64,000 bases of DNA, from the NCBI GenBank assembly GCA_026026165.1, contig JAPEUD010000050.1, positions 62,001-126,000 on the forward strand, read 5' to 3'. Below are positions 37,032 through 49,329 of this stretch, one piece after another. The notes under the pieces are model-generated. The model worked only from the letters and a program-made list of their open reading frames with translations, was not told where the DNA came from and ran no database searches. Position numbers and translations under genes: made by a program. The DNA comes from Sarea resinae. Taxonomy: Eukaryota. Every line of letters begins with the position of its first letter. Position 1 is the first letter of the stretch.

Positions 37032-40000
37032 TCAAACATCCCGGGGAGTTAACGGCCTCGAGCTTCTCCCACTTCTTGGATCACTATCCTCGCTCATCAC
37101 CTTCTTCATTGTACCACTGCTGCCACTTCGAGTTTTGCTTCTTGACATGCTGCTGCTGCTCCTAAGAGCTCGGCGCGACAGCTCGCCATTGCTAACGCTT
37201 TCGGCTCTCATTCTGTCCTTGCGCTTGGACATGACAATGTAGTCACCTTCTGAGTCAGAGTCATCGTCGCTTTGGATGGCGTGGCTGGCTTCTCTATAGC
37301 CTTTGAATCGGCGATTGTCGCTGTCACCATTGTAGCCAGCTTCGTCATCTGATGCTATATCTGCTGGATTCTGATCAGGCGTTATCGTTTCATTGGTACG
37401 TCGCGATCGTGGTCTGTAGGGCTTCTCAAAAATTGCTGCCGAATCATCGGCTGAAATCGAAGACCCTGCCGATATTACCGATGGGATTGATGGATCAGAG
37501 GTAGATTGAGACATGCCAGAGGTAAATTGATCTTCAGACGAACTTGATATCACTGGTCGTACAAATTCATTAGAGGCCATCATTTCTGATGGTGTCAAAG
37601 GATCTAGCTCGGTAAGTGACGATCGTTTGGAGTCTTCGTCCGCATGCTTTTGGAAGAATATCTCATCATCTGGGCTTGGTGGGCAATTTCCCGGAAGCGC
37701 AGGACTCTCTGATCTTGACTCCGCAGGTGATACCGAATGTCGTCGCTCAGCGTTGATGACGTTCTGGAGATGTCGGCGCCGATGAAGCTGCTCCTGGGCA
37801 CGCGCGATTGCAGTCGGATTCGAATCGCCAGCCTGAATTAGTGGTCGTCCACTCGGTCGACAAACCATAGAACCTCGTCGTTCATGCGCAGGTGCTGTTG
37901 AAGAACGATTTGATGATGTGCCTGAAGGGGCATACGGTTCTCCGATAGCCGGCGTTTCTCGAGCGATCTCTACAGAATGGGAATTCTGGAGATGGGAAGG
38001 TCTTTTCAAAGCTCCTTCCGCTTCTGTTTCAGGCCGGTTAGGCGAGACCTCCTTGAGGACTGGGGGTGTGTCAACATGTCCAGAGGCGAAGGCTTTACTA
38101 AAGGCAACACTGGGCTCCGCATGCGGATCTTCGAAACCGGAAGCTACTCTGTCTGACGAGGGTATCCTTCTGATACCGCCCGTTTCGTAGGCGTCTCGAT
38201 TACGTTCTCGGCTGCGCATACTTTTGACCAAGCGGCGTCCAGCTCCTCCAAAAATACCACCGATGTTCGTAGTCGTAGAATGCTCGACCACGGTAGGCGT
38301 TCCAGGCAGCCCAGGAGAAGGGGCCTGTGACAAAGCTTGAAGGCGACATTCGTCAGAAGCTCTGATTGTCCGCATGGAGCCCGCGGTTGATGCTGCACGC
38401 TCAGGAGGACTAGGCCTCGTAGATTTTGTCCGAGCATTGAAAGATCCTTTTCTCTGAGGTCTTTCGACAGGTGTGGGCTGGCGGTCGAGTACCGTACCAG
38501 TGAAAAATGGGTTTTCGTCATTGGGGTTTTCCGGACTAGCAGTGACACTCTGGGCGAGAGGGTGCTCGCCCTCTCTTGAGGCCTTGAGAGCCGAGAAAAT
38601 AGACTCGTCTCCCCGAAGACTGAGTCGCCTTCCGTCGATGCTGATCGCGCTAGTGGAAGATGCAGGAGAGGATGGTGTGCGCTCCGCGCTGTGTGCGGAA
38701 CTCTGTGCTCTTCTTCGGCCTTCTTTACTCTTTCCGATCCCGAGAGCTCCACCTAGTTTGCGCATACCTGATCTCATCCGCTCAATGAGGTTAAGCGGAA
38801 CCACGGCATCAGCGACCTCTTCGTTCGATACCTCGATCTTCTTTCCGTGGCTTCCACTAGAGGGATCCGTCTGTTCGAGCCAAGCAACAGGATCAGGAAT
38901 ATCTCGTATCACCCATGGATGATGCTTGACTTCCTTCAGTGTAATGCGCTTTGTCGGGTCTTTTTGAAATAATTTCTTCAGCAGATCATATAGATCGTCG
39001 TCGATATCTTCATAAGCCAACTCGGTCTCTGTTCTGTTGTTGCTACTTGTCTGGTCGATGAATTGAGCTTGTGGGTCTGTTCTCGAAGAAGGATGTACCT
39101 CCACTGCTTTCAAGCGTTTTCGAGGTATGAAGACTGGGTCTTCCGCAATGGACTTATACAAAAGGAACTCGTCATCCCCAGTAAAAGGCAGTCGTGCGAA
39201 AAGTATAGCATATAGCGTGACTCCAAGAGCCCAAACATCAATTTGACCGGTAACGGGAGGCCTTTTGGCCGTGAAGTCGGTATGGCAAAGCTCGGGTGCA
39301 TAGAAAGCAGGCGTGCCAACAGTCTTGGCCAATTCAACAGCTTCGTCTAACTCTTTCGCATCTGATTCCGAAAGATTTTCCGTCTCATCATCATCACGAA
39401 TCGGCTTTCCCAGGTAAGAGACACCAAAATCCGAAATCTTTACGCGATATTTCGACGTCCAAAGAAGATTAGCAGGCTTGATATCTCGATGGATGATACC
39501 TTGGTAGTGGAGGTACTCAAGACCTAGTACAGTATCCCTAAAAGTGGAGCGAGCAACCTGCATGGTCAAGCAAGGAACGTAGGCGTAATCCTCGTCGCTG
39601 GGATCATAGGTGAGGTCGGAGGAGACATGAGAGACAAGACTATCGGCAACACTTCCGGTACGGGTACGAACTTGCTCTGGCGAGTAGGCACCGTACATTG
39701 TGCCCTCGAGTGCGACAGATGAAGAAGACCGGGACATCGCACCCTGAGCAGAGGCGCCTACCCTCGGGCGATGGGATGCTGATGAATCCTCTTCGGGAAT
39801 GGTGAGTGGAGCCAAACTATCCGCGTCTGGTGGTAAAGGTGTGGACATGCGGGACAGATTTGTGTTGATTGTTGCGACTGAATTATGCCGGGAACCTAGC
39901 ATGCGCATTTCGACCGGACTGCCATCGGAGTCTTGCGTCCTGTAGCTTGATGACTGAGGAAAGTCATCCTCATCTGAGTCCCCATACTCCAGACTCCAAT

Positions 40001-41478
40001 AGTCTGCTCCTGTCTTCTGCATATGCCGGGCCCTTGCTTGGGCACGCTCTTTTCTTCGTCGTCGTATCTCTGCTTCGCGCAAGAGCCGCTCATCCTGGAT
40101 TGCGTAGGAGATGTCGTCGACTACACCACGAGATTCACGTTCGGTTCGTCTCCTCTCAATAGTCACGATTTCCCTAACGCCTTTTCGGCGCCAGATGATC
40201 TCCCCCAAAGCGACATATTCGAGCACAATGTAGACCTTCTTCTTCGCCGGGTCATCGATGACCTCTAGTAGGCTTACCACGTTTGGGTGGCGCGCCTTCT
40301 TGAGGATAGCAACTTCTCTTTTTACCTTGTCTTCGGGGTTGCCTAGCTTGCCGAGACGGCGTCGCTTCGAGTAGCGATCAACAATCTTGATAGCAACATC
40401 GTCACCAGTCGTAAGATTTCGACCTAATTTCACTTTTCCATGCACTCCGCGACCAAGCTCATCAATGATCTCGTATTGATTGATAAGCTTGCGACCAGAG
40501 ATTGGATCGCGGTCAACATCCGCCACGTGCGTCCTATCCACGGCAGATTAGCAAGACTGGTCAAGGGCCTTGTGGTCTCTTTTGCAAAAAATGGAGGGCA
40601 TCTTACTCTTTGGGCACTTGCGTCTGGGTCCAATGCAGATATGGGCTTCGATAGTTAGTGTCGTCCTGATCGGCGACATGCTTTGCCGGAGAAACAGGTG
40701 GGTTGAAGAGACCTGGGCTCGTAGCTGGCGTATTACCGACCGTCTTAGATCCAGATTCGATTGGAACATCCGGTACGGGCCTGAACGGTGATCCTCCAGC
40801 CAAGTAGAACGAATGCTGAGAAGGGTGTGAGATGCGTGTCCGCAGATTGTGGGGTATGTAAGCTGGAGGATATATTTGATTTTGCAGCACAGAAAAGGAC
40901 TGGTTGGGATACACCGGCCCATCTTGATGTTGTTTGTGAGAGCCTGTGGAGTCTCCAACATGCATTGAGGCGGAAGCGGACGCGATTCTCGTGTGGGCAC
41001 CAGGAGCAGTCACGGTGCTGGTGCTCACGGTCGATGAGCCAGAGAAATCTCTGAACACACCAGGGCGTTCCAGTGGGCCCGTAGACGCCGGACGGATCTG
41101 CAAGGAACTTCGGACGGAAGGCGAGAAGGTCGTTGTGTTAAGGGAAGTGGTCGATGCGTTCGTGCTTTGCAGAGGCGACGATTCAGTCGAGGTCGAAGCG
41201 GACGCAGGATCAGGACGATGATTTCTCGGCACGAATCTGGATTCGAAATATCCCTCGTGTGAACTTTCACCGTACGGACCCTCTGATCGAGGCGTCCGCG
41301 CCGGATCCAATTCGCTTTCCATGCTGTGTTCACCCTCGTTCATCTCATCTTTGGCTGGTGACTGAGATTGGACGTCATCCGGCTCCCGCCCTGACGAGGA
41401 ATCGGGACTGTCGCCCCTTCTAGGCTCCTGATAGTGATCACGCTCATCGATACCCATCCCCATCGCCGGGCCCGCCAT
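37032..41478 (-). CDS. SAK1: CaMKK-family Snf1-activating Ser/Thr kinase (Sak1/Ssp1-like)
   Basis: VPKETH across intron 40606..40534, INQYEI--ELGRGVHGKVKL, HRDIKPANLL, ISDFGVS, AKTVGTPAFYAPE; start ATG (41478) is a best guess. Confidence 0.9.
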
Positions 41479-44400
41479 ATTATCAGCCACTAGATCGGCT
41501 TGTCTCCACAGATTTCATGAAGAGCGTAGATTTGACTCCACTTCGACCAAGAGAGAGATATATATTGGGATCAATCGAATAGGAAGAAAGAAATCATTTC
41601 CACATCGTGATATGAAACCCCAGCGAGGCTCGTAGTGGTATGGCACTAAGCTTCCTAGGGAAGAAAAGCTTTCGGCTGGTTGGTTTCGCAGCGACGCATT
41701 CAGAAGGGTGGCAACTCGTGATAGGTAGTTAGGAAGACAGATCGCCCTCAAATCGGCGATGTCGGCCGGTATACCAGTAGGATCGATGATGTGTGGGCTT
41801 TATCTGAGGATGCTTGAACGTAAAAGTGCCAGGATTGCGGAGCCTACAATGTTTGCAATCGTCAGACGGGGTCAGGGAAAGCAGTCTGACGCGAGGGTCT
41901 GAACAGGGAGGAGAGGGATGAATCTGCTGCAGATTCGCGGAAGCTGGAGAGGTAAATCGCTTACCGTAAAGGCCAAGAGTAGGTGTAGGAAGAAAATAGA
42001 AAGGAAGAATGAAGAAAGATGTATGGAGAAAACGGGGGAATAAGGAAGGACGTGGTTGATGTCTTTGGCTTGTCCGTGTTCTGTCTGTCCGTCGGTCTTG
42101 TCTGTCCTGGGGATATCCTCTCGCTTGAAATGGATGGACGGTTGGATGAGAGCCAGGGAGGAAGTAAGGATACTTGATCATTCAAGTCACTCTCCGCCTG
42201 GACAGCAGTAGATTGAGTACTTGGCCGAGTACCAGCAGGAAACCTCCATTATTTGCAATGTTCTAATCTCCAGGGCTTTTGCAAAAGTACAGGAACCTCA
42301 CCGAGGTACCTACAAAGTATTGTACCTACGTCTACACCACTAATGAGGGCGCATCCTGGGTACCGAAGGTACGTCAAGTATCTCAAGTACCTTGACCTAC
42401 CTTACCTACCGGTACCCAGTAGGTGATACGCCCATAATCATCATCGTCACATCGCAAATCATCCGCAAATCGTATGGATAAGGTAATAGTCGCTAACTTG
42501 CTCAATATACTCCGCTACGCTATGCCGCTATATCGAGGGGAGCATTATGATATTCTCTACATGGACTTCTCGCTATTGCATCCACCCACATCACCACTGG
42601 AAAGCTTGGAAGAGATTGTTGCTAGGTGAACCTTGAAGGCCAGGCAAGGTACGATAGACCATACGCCCATCATTCACCTCATTTTTGAGGCTTCTTTCTG
42701 GCCTGCTCCCGTTATCATGCTGATGCCAACTGGTCCCGCCAAATCAGGTCTTTGGGATAGGCCTCCGTACGGTGCTCGCATGGTTGGCTAGAAGGGGTCA
42801 AGCTTCGTCTTAGAGCAGCTGGCCTGTGCTCGGGACGACAACACAGAGGATATCAGCGAGACTCCCGTCGCGTTGGATGGGTACCGCAATAGGTACCTAC
42901 AAAGTGCACGCAATCCAGGTGAAGCCCAAGTGTGTCTTTCAGGTACCTTGACGTTGAGATCATCGCTTATCCTATGTACCCTACTAATCTTAACCATCAC
43001 GATTGTCACCTCACCACACTCCCTCCCTTTGTTCCTAGAGCTCAAGCTGCAGTCTTCGTGGCGTGGTAGAGACATTGTGGTCGGATGGAATAGGGATTCT
43101 GCATCGAAAGAGCATGATCCTTTCGTACCCTAGACGGAGAGGGTAACATGGAAAACGGTGGAAACGATGCATCACAAACGGGGCCCTCGGACGACTTTCG
43201 CCCATTCTCGCGTCAGAGTTGAGCTTGACTGCCGGGGGCCCCTCCTGATGGCGAATAAGATGCGCATCAGTCGGTCTATGCTTTGCCTTAGTCTTGTCGG
43301 CTACATGCAGGTCTGTCCATGCCTTCGTCGATATCCGTTGAAGTACGAAGTTACTCCTCTCGCCACTTGCACTTCCATTGCGACCACGGTACCGAGGACA
43401 CAGTAAAAGCGCCACCTCTCGACCACAGAAGAGGGAAATGCATCGACCATGGATGCCGTAGAGTACGTCTACCTTAGTCGTATGGATGCAGAACAGTATC
43501 GACCTTCAATCCACGCGCTCGGGCAGCGAATTCGGGGGCACAGAGCGTCGTCATTACTTTCCAATCCTCCTCTTGTAGTTCTCCCCTCTCTGATCAGCGA
43601 AGCCGAGCTTCTACTACTCGGAGTATGTGCCTTGGGCGGGAACCGAAGCGAGAAATCTGTGTTTCTGGTTGGCCTGTTTAGCTACAAAGCTATTGCAGAT
43701 CGGCCTGTCAAATGAGATGGTGTTCTCCTAACGAGGCCATAGCGCGGCCAGTGCCTCTAGAGTACTGAGTACGAGTACTCCGGAGTAGAGTATTCTCAGG
43801 TTCATCATACACTGACCGGTGGCACTCAAACGGTGCAGCCAGGCAGGGACTAGATTCTCTCCTCCTCGAGTTCGGAGTACTGCGCAGTAGACACGCTTCT
43901 TGCCACGCGGCCCAGGGAATCTGTCTCGAGAATCATCTGGTGGACACTAACCGCTGTCGTCAGGATCCTCCTTGTTCGAGGTCACCTAACTCCTCACCTG
44001 CTGCCCGTACCGTACTTGCTGCCTCCACTCTTTCCTGGCGACGAGCAAGGCCTTGGATATGCAGTGTCCCTCATGGATGAATTTGGGCTTTTTACCCCAG
44101 ACTTCTCTATCTAGAGGGGTCTTACGCTAAGATTTACAGTGACTTGTATCTCTGCAGGCATGAAATCAGGCAAAGCAACATGGAGTGCCCGCTAGTCGAG
44201 ACATCATTGTGCATCCGTCACGAATCGATTACTCGACGGCAGCTCTCAACGTGGCTGTCTGGACCCGAAGTCCTTTTACGTTGTCGTTGCCCTCCTCACG
44301 GACCACGTACATGTGGCTTCGAGGTGCTCTATCGATGGGGACTGGCAAAGTGACCGATCATATTTCGACGTTGAAGTCATGCGTTTTGACCAACGGTTCT

Positions 44401-45721
44401 TCACTGAGGTTGCACCTTTGTACCTACTAATCATCGGATGCCTGGCAGCATGCGTAGCGGCACAATAATGTTCCTCACTTACACTTTATACAGACCTCGC
44501 CTCCACCTCAAACATACACATACTAGGGCACTATCTCCTATCAGTCGCCTTTTTGATCCGCCTTTAGAGACACGCCTTTGAAATGGTCTAATCGTGGGTG
44601 ACCAATCTGATCATCTCATCATATTCATGGTCCTCCCCAAGGTTCTTCCTAGGGGTGACTAATAAGCAGCCGTTGACATATTTAGCCGGCCCGAATGTCT
44701 TTGGCGTTGAACATGCTGTCTTTTTGGTCTAGACACCACCGCGGAAGCGTCTGTAAATGGCTGGCTGTATGGAATACATGACGCCGCTCTCATGTGGAAC
44801 ATGCCTAGCAATTACGGTAGGCTAATGATAGGAATGCTAATATTCGTTGACAATAACCATCAGACATCGCTCTTCAGTAGCCATGCCGCAAGAGTCAAAA
44901 AGGTACTTTGCTCTGGTTGAGACGATGGGCATTCATGTCGCACCTCCCTGGTTATATTAGGCATGTCGGCCATACGCTTGATCACTTTCCGGAAGAACGC
45001 ACCCAAACAGCATAATGGGAAGACGAATTGTCACAAAATCGACCCTGTAGCTATTGGTTTGTATTCCATCCTATGGCAGCTCTTGATATTTCCAGCTCAT
45101 CGAGTTCAGTCCTAGTCAAACCACTTTGGTGCTGACCCGCACCGTATATGCGCATGTCTCAGTCATCTGTTGCAATTTCAAGAACGGACTCTGCCAGGAG
45201 AAGACATTGTGTTGCCGTTGATCTATACTCGGTCCAAGCAAGATGCTGAGGATGATAAATTCACCGGAATATCTGATGAGGTGTAATAGCACATCAAAAA
45301 ACTCCATGATAAATCTTGCATTATCCGGTGATGATAATGATCTGATATAGCTAGGTACCTAGGTGGGTATTCAAGACAATCGCTGGTCGTTGTCAAATTT
45401 GAGGACAAGTAAAGCTAACATGACACATTACAGAGGCAGCATTTTGTTGGAGACATTTTCTTTGAGGCTATCTACCGCGAGATTCTAATTAGAGTACAGG
45501 GTACACTGAAATATCGATCAAGGCCAACCACCAATCACCCAGGATGACTCTACTGTACGGCTTGCTGTGGGACCTGGATGGGTTTTGGGTACCTGTAATT
45601 CACCAAATAGGAGTTACCCGAGAACGACTACTCCAAAGGACAAGGGTAAAAAGAACACGCATCATCCCCTTTCATCTCCAATCAGAGCGTAACAAGATAA
45701 GTTGGTTCATCACCGGCTGGA

Positions 45722-45799
45722 AAACCTCAGAATCAACTGTACGTCATCATGGTATTTGCAGCAAGCAATCAGAGAAACACATTTAATCATCATCGGCTT
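45722..45799 (-). ncRNA. Candidate box C/D snoRNA-like RNA (about 78 nt), target unknown
   Basis: AAGCC-G-ATGATGA(45793-87)...CTGA(45772-69)...ATGATGA(45750-44)...CTGA(45730-27)-GGTTT; full C/D'/C'/D set with 5-bp terminal stem in canonical kink-turn spacing. Confidence 0.45.
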
Positions 45800-46143
45800 G
45801 AAAGCCACTCAGACACGGGTTATTTTGCAACAGGGGGAAGAAGGGCTCTTTGATACCCTGGTGCACCTATCTTTGAGTGGTTTCTGCTTTCGATAGAAGC
45901 CTTCGGAGACCGGTGCGCCGATGCACTATGTGAGAATACGGGGTCAGCTTCTTCATCATCCGTGGATGCCCTTTCATCTGCAATCAGATTGAAACACGGA
46001 TAAAAGAACAATGATGATGCATCGGTATGTTGCGCTCGTACCTTTCAGCTTATGTAAGTCGAAACGGACGATAGCGCAGCATAAGACCCTGAGTTTCAGG
46101 TGGGGTGGAATAGGTGCTCAAACACCGTTAGGAGGGTGTGCCA

Positions 46144-46261
46144 TGACAAGAGAATCGAAGGAGAGGAGGGCAGGGATCTGGGCTGTATTTATGCTGTCTT
46201 CTGCTGCGGCGAGTGATCTTTTACGCATCCGAGTGATCTTTTTGGCACTCGAGTGATCTTT
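46144..46261 (-). promoter_or_regulatory. Promoter-like block: 3x AAAGATCACTCG at 20-bp period, TATA-like CATAAATA, CT-rich tract
   Basis: Plus-strand CGAGTGATCTTT at 46210, 46230 and 46250; TATTTATG at 46186-46193; minus-strand pyrimidine tract 46144-46175. Confidence 0.5.
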
Positions 46262-49200
46262 CGGGCATCTTCTACGCAGCTTGCTTACCATTGGTCAGAT
46301 CTTCTGTATCTCTAGCATTGTCTCGGTTGAGGCTGTTTATGTTGCTTCAGATGGGAAGGAGACGTCTTTCATTCAAAGCAGGCAGGAACGACTTCTACTT
46401 GGGGCGCAGACGCCAGCTCGCGAGACGAATGCGGACCTCAACACTCGCCTACCATCTCAGAGAGTGGTTGGCTCTGGAAGACTAGCTTTCTTTCGGTTGG
46501 AAACTATCTGCTTCGAATTGGCGGTAGAAAGAGACACCCATCTTCTACAACAGGAAGGAAAGACTTCTATTCTATTGCGCGCGAACACCATATTGCGCGA
46601 CAAAGTTGCCCATCTGATCTCGCTTGCGCCGCCAAAGGACGCGAATAGCTCTCGATATTCAGCTCAGAATGTGCCTGCTGTTACTCACCCGTTGAGCATT
46701 TTATTCATTCTCTTGCGTCCATTTCCGCGCGTGTCTTGCTAGATGAGTTTTCCACACCCTGAAGATGCTGTCCAGGAACGATGGTGACCATCTTTGTCAG
46801 TCACAAGATCGATTATTGTATTGCATCACACAAGGACCGTTGCTCAAGCCGATTGCGGCACATTTCTCTCCCCAGACAAGGCTGACTTGATCAGCTTACA
46901 AAACGCTCCGGTGCATCATGCGAGGACGATATCAAGGCTGACCTTTGCATATCTCCGTTGCAGACAAGATCTACGTGGTAAGCTCTCAGAGCTCACGCTC
47001 AAGCGCATTGAAAATGTGTAACCCCTAACATCTACCCATGCTCCTATTGTCATTCTCAGGAGCCTCTCTGGCCATCACAAGGGAGGCGTCGGTTTGGCGC
47101 AGCATTACAGCCCCTATATGAAAACTAGCCACTTCTCATATGCATCCCTTGCCAACCGATGCTCATAACCGCGTAGCAAAAAAAAGCTTGTGATTTGTAA
47201 TACAGCATAGACGCAGAAATGAACGTTTCGGACCTTTGCAGATATCCAAGATCAGTGACTCAAGGCTTGCTCTCCAGTTGAACCTCTTCGCCCGCGAGTG
47301 TCCAGGAGCCATGTCTGCTGTCTGTTCTCTGGCTGCTGCGGAGTCACCCTTCCCTCCACAATTACGATCCTACGTGTATGAGAAGCGGTCGATAAATACG
47401 CATTCACTCCAGGTATCTACCAATATCCAAGAAGAATTCTCTTGCGATGATACAGAATGTGGGCCATCTCTTCAATCTATCAAGCGTTTCAACCGTTACT
47501 CGAGTGATAGATTAAGCTTGATCTCTACCTCCCGAGTACCTCTACTGTTTACATGTCACCCGTCCCTTTTCCCCTTTTCAGTCTTTGCCTTTCTCTTTCC
47601 CTTCGCCTTGCCTTCCTCCCAGCGACCAACTGGCCTTTTCGCCTCCTCGTCTAGCCAGCTTTCTCCACGATGTCTGCAACGTCAAGAAAACGATTCAACC
47701 CTGCAAGCCTGGAGGCCTTTGTACGCAGTACGATGATGATTCGAGCTTTCTCCGCACGCGAGACGCTAGGGTCAGGAGGGATGGATGCTCATGCACTCCA
47801 CACTGCAAAGTTGCGGTACCTCGTATCCATCCACGGATCCATTACTTTGGTGATACGTTGCCGACGGACTACTGCTGTACTCGGTACCTACATAGTAGTC
47901 TCCAGACATCAGCATGACAACGGGCACCTTGCCCCAAGGCGCAAGGATCATCGGAACCGGCTGCGAGATGCAGTAATCGCCTTCTCCGGCGATACTGAGT
48001 CGTGCAGGATCGCGAGACATGTCGACACCATCGGGGAGGACTGTGTATCCAGTGCAGGTAGCGTAAAGTGCGGAGGAAGGTAGGCAAGGTCGGTAGGTAC
48101 TCGTCGATGTCGAGCATCATCCTGCTGTCAGTGCGTCTCTCATGGTCTGTTCCGATGCCCCCTCGAGCATCGTCGATCAGAGCCATCACCCACGGACGCC
48201 CTTGACGAGTACTCTAGGATAAAGACATCTGTCCCCGCTCTCTCCTAGACGTGGAAGATGCCGGCGATGACATGTACGGTCTCGTCAAGTCAGTCTGGGT
48301 AAAGGCATTCATTACCTTGGTCCGCGGACTCCCTACTCCTATGGTAATGAATTGTTCGACTGAGGTCTAGATACTTCGATGAAGTACAAAGGGGTTGCAT
48401 TGGCGGGGCACCCTCCATGCCGTATCTCTCTCTCCCTTGCCGGCCCATGATCGTCCCCCCTCTTCGAGAACGGAACCCAACAACTTGACTTCTGCCAATA
48501 CCACCTACTATCTACCTCGAGAGCGAATTGCTCACTCAGCTCAGCTACCAGATACGGGAAAGACGCCGCAGTCGTATATCGCACGGGGCGTTCCAGGCCG
48601 GTCTCCAGAGCGTGTTGGGGTGTACCAAGTAGATTCACGATGCCCCTCCAGCCGGAAAGTCGATTTTCGTTTGGTGCTTTCGCCGCGTCTATCGACCTAT
48701 GAACGGTCCGCCTAGTACTCCCGAGTACTGTTGCTCCAACGACGCCTTTGTTGACGGTCGTGATCCACACGGATCGCGCGATGCCCTCGGGTCAGATTGC
48801 ACGTTGCATCGACATTGATTAAACCACTTTGTCAGCCACACCCCATCTTCCTCCAACTCGTCTCTTGATTGGCGCTTCTGGGTTCTATCGCCTTGATCTG
48901 GCAGCTTTAGGCTTGATAGCTGTAAATATGCCCATATCGTGGCTGAATGCACCCCAGTCTCCGAGGGATGTGCGCGTCCCCGTCGATCCGCTCTCACGTG
49001 GCGGGTCTGTGTGTTGATTCTGCGGCCCTCCTCGCGGCCTTTGAGAACCTCATCCTTTCTCACCAGTATTGATATTGTACCGGCGCAGAGCGTGAAGGCC
49101 TCAGATTCCCAGTCCCACTGCTGGCAGATTGTACTTCCTCGTCGACAGACTGGACCTCTCGCGTCAGATCAAGTTGCTGTACTTCGCTTGCTTAAGAGGT

Positions 49201-49329
49201 GATTTGCTCCAAAGTCGAGGCCAAACGCGTGCCAAACGGTCATCAAGATCAGATGTTCCGATAGATGAGAATCCTCGCCCCGGGCGTCTTCTTTCGATCC
49301 TCGCCAACTCTACATTCGCCTCCGTCACG

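Noticed and set aside
46210..46261. CRISPR-like reading of the 12-bp repeat with variable spacers
   Set aside because: Repeats and spacers are far too short, only three copies, eukaryotic context, no cas genes
46798..46805. CAGTCACA (HomolD-like box associated with snoRNA and ribosomal protein promoters)
   Set aside because: About two copies of an 8-mer are expected by chance in 64 kb (another lies inside the palA CDS), and it is about 1 kb from the C/D array
47015..47030. TAACCCCTAAC, resembling a telomerase RNA template or telomere repeat
   Set aside because: Does not match TAACCCTAA (extra C); single copy with no supporting structure
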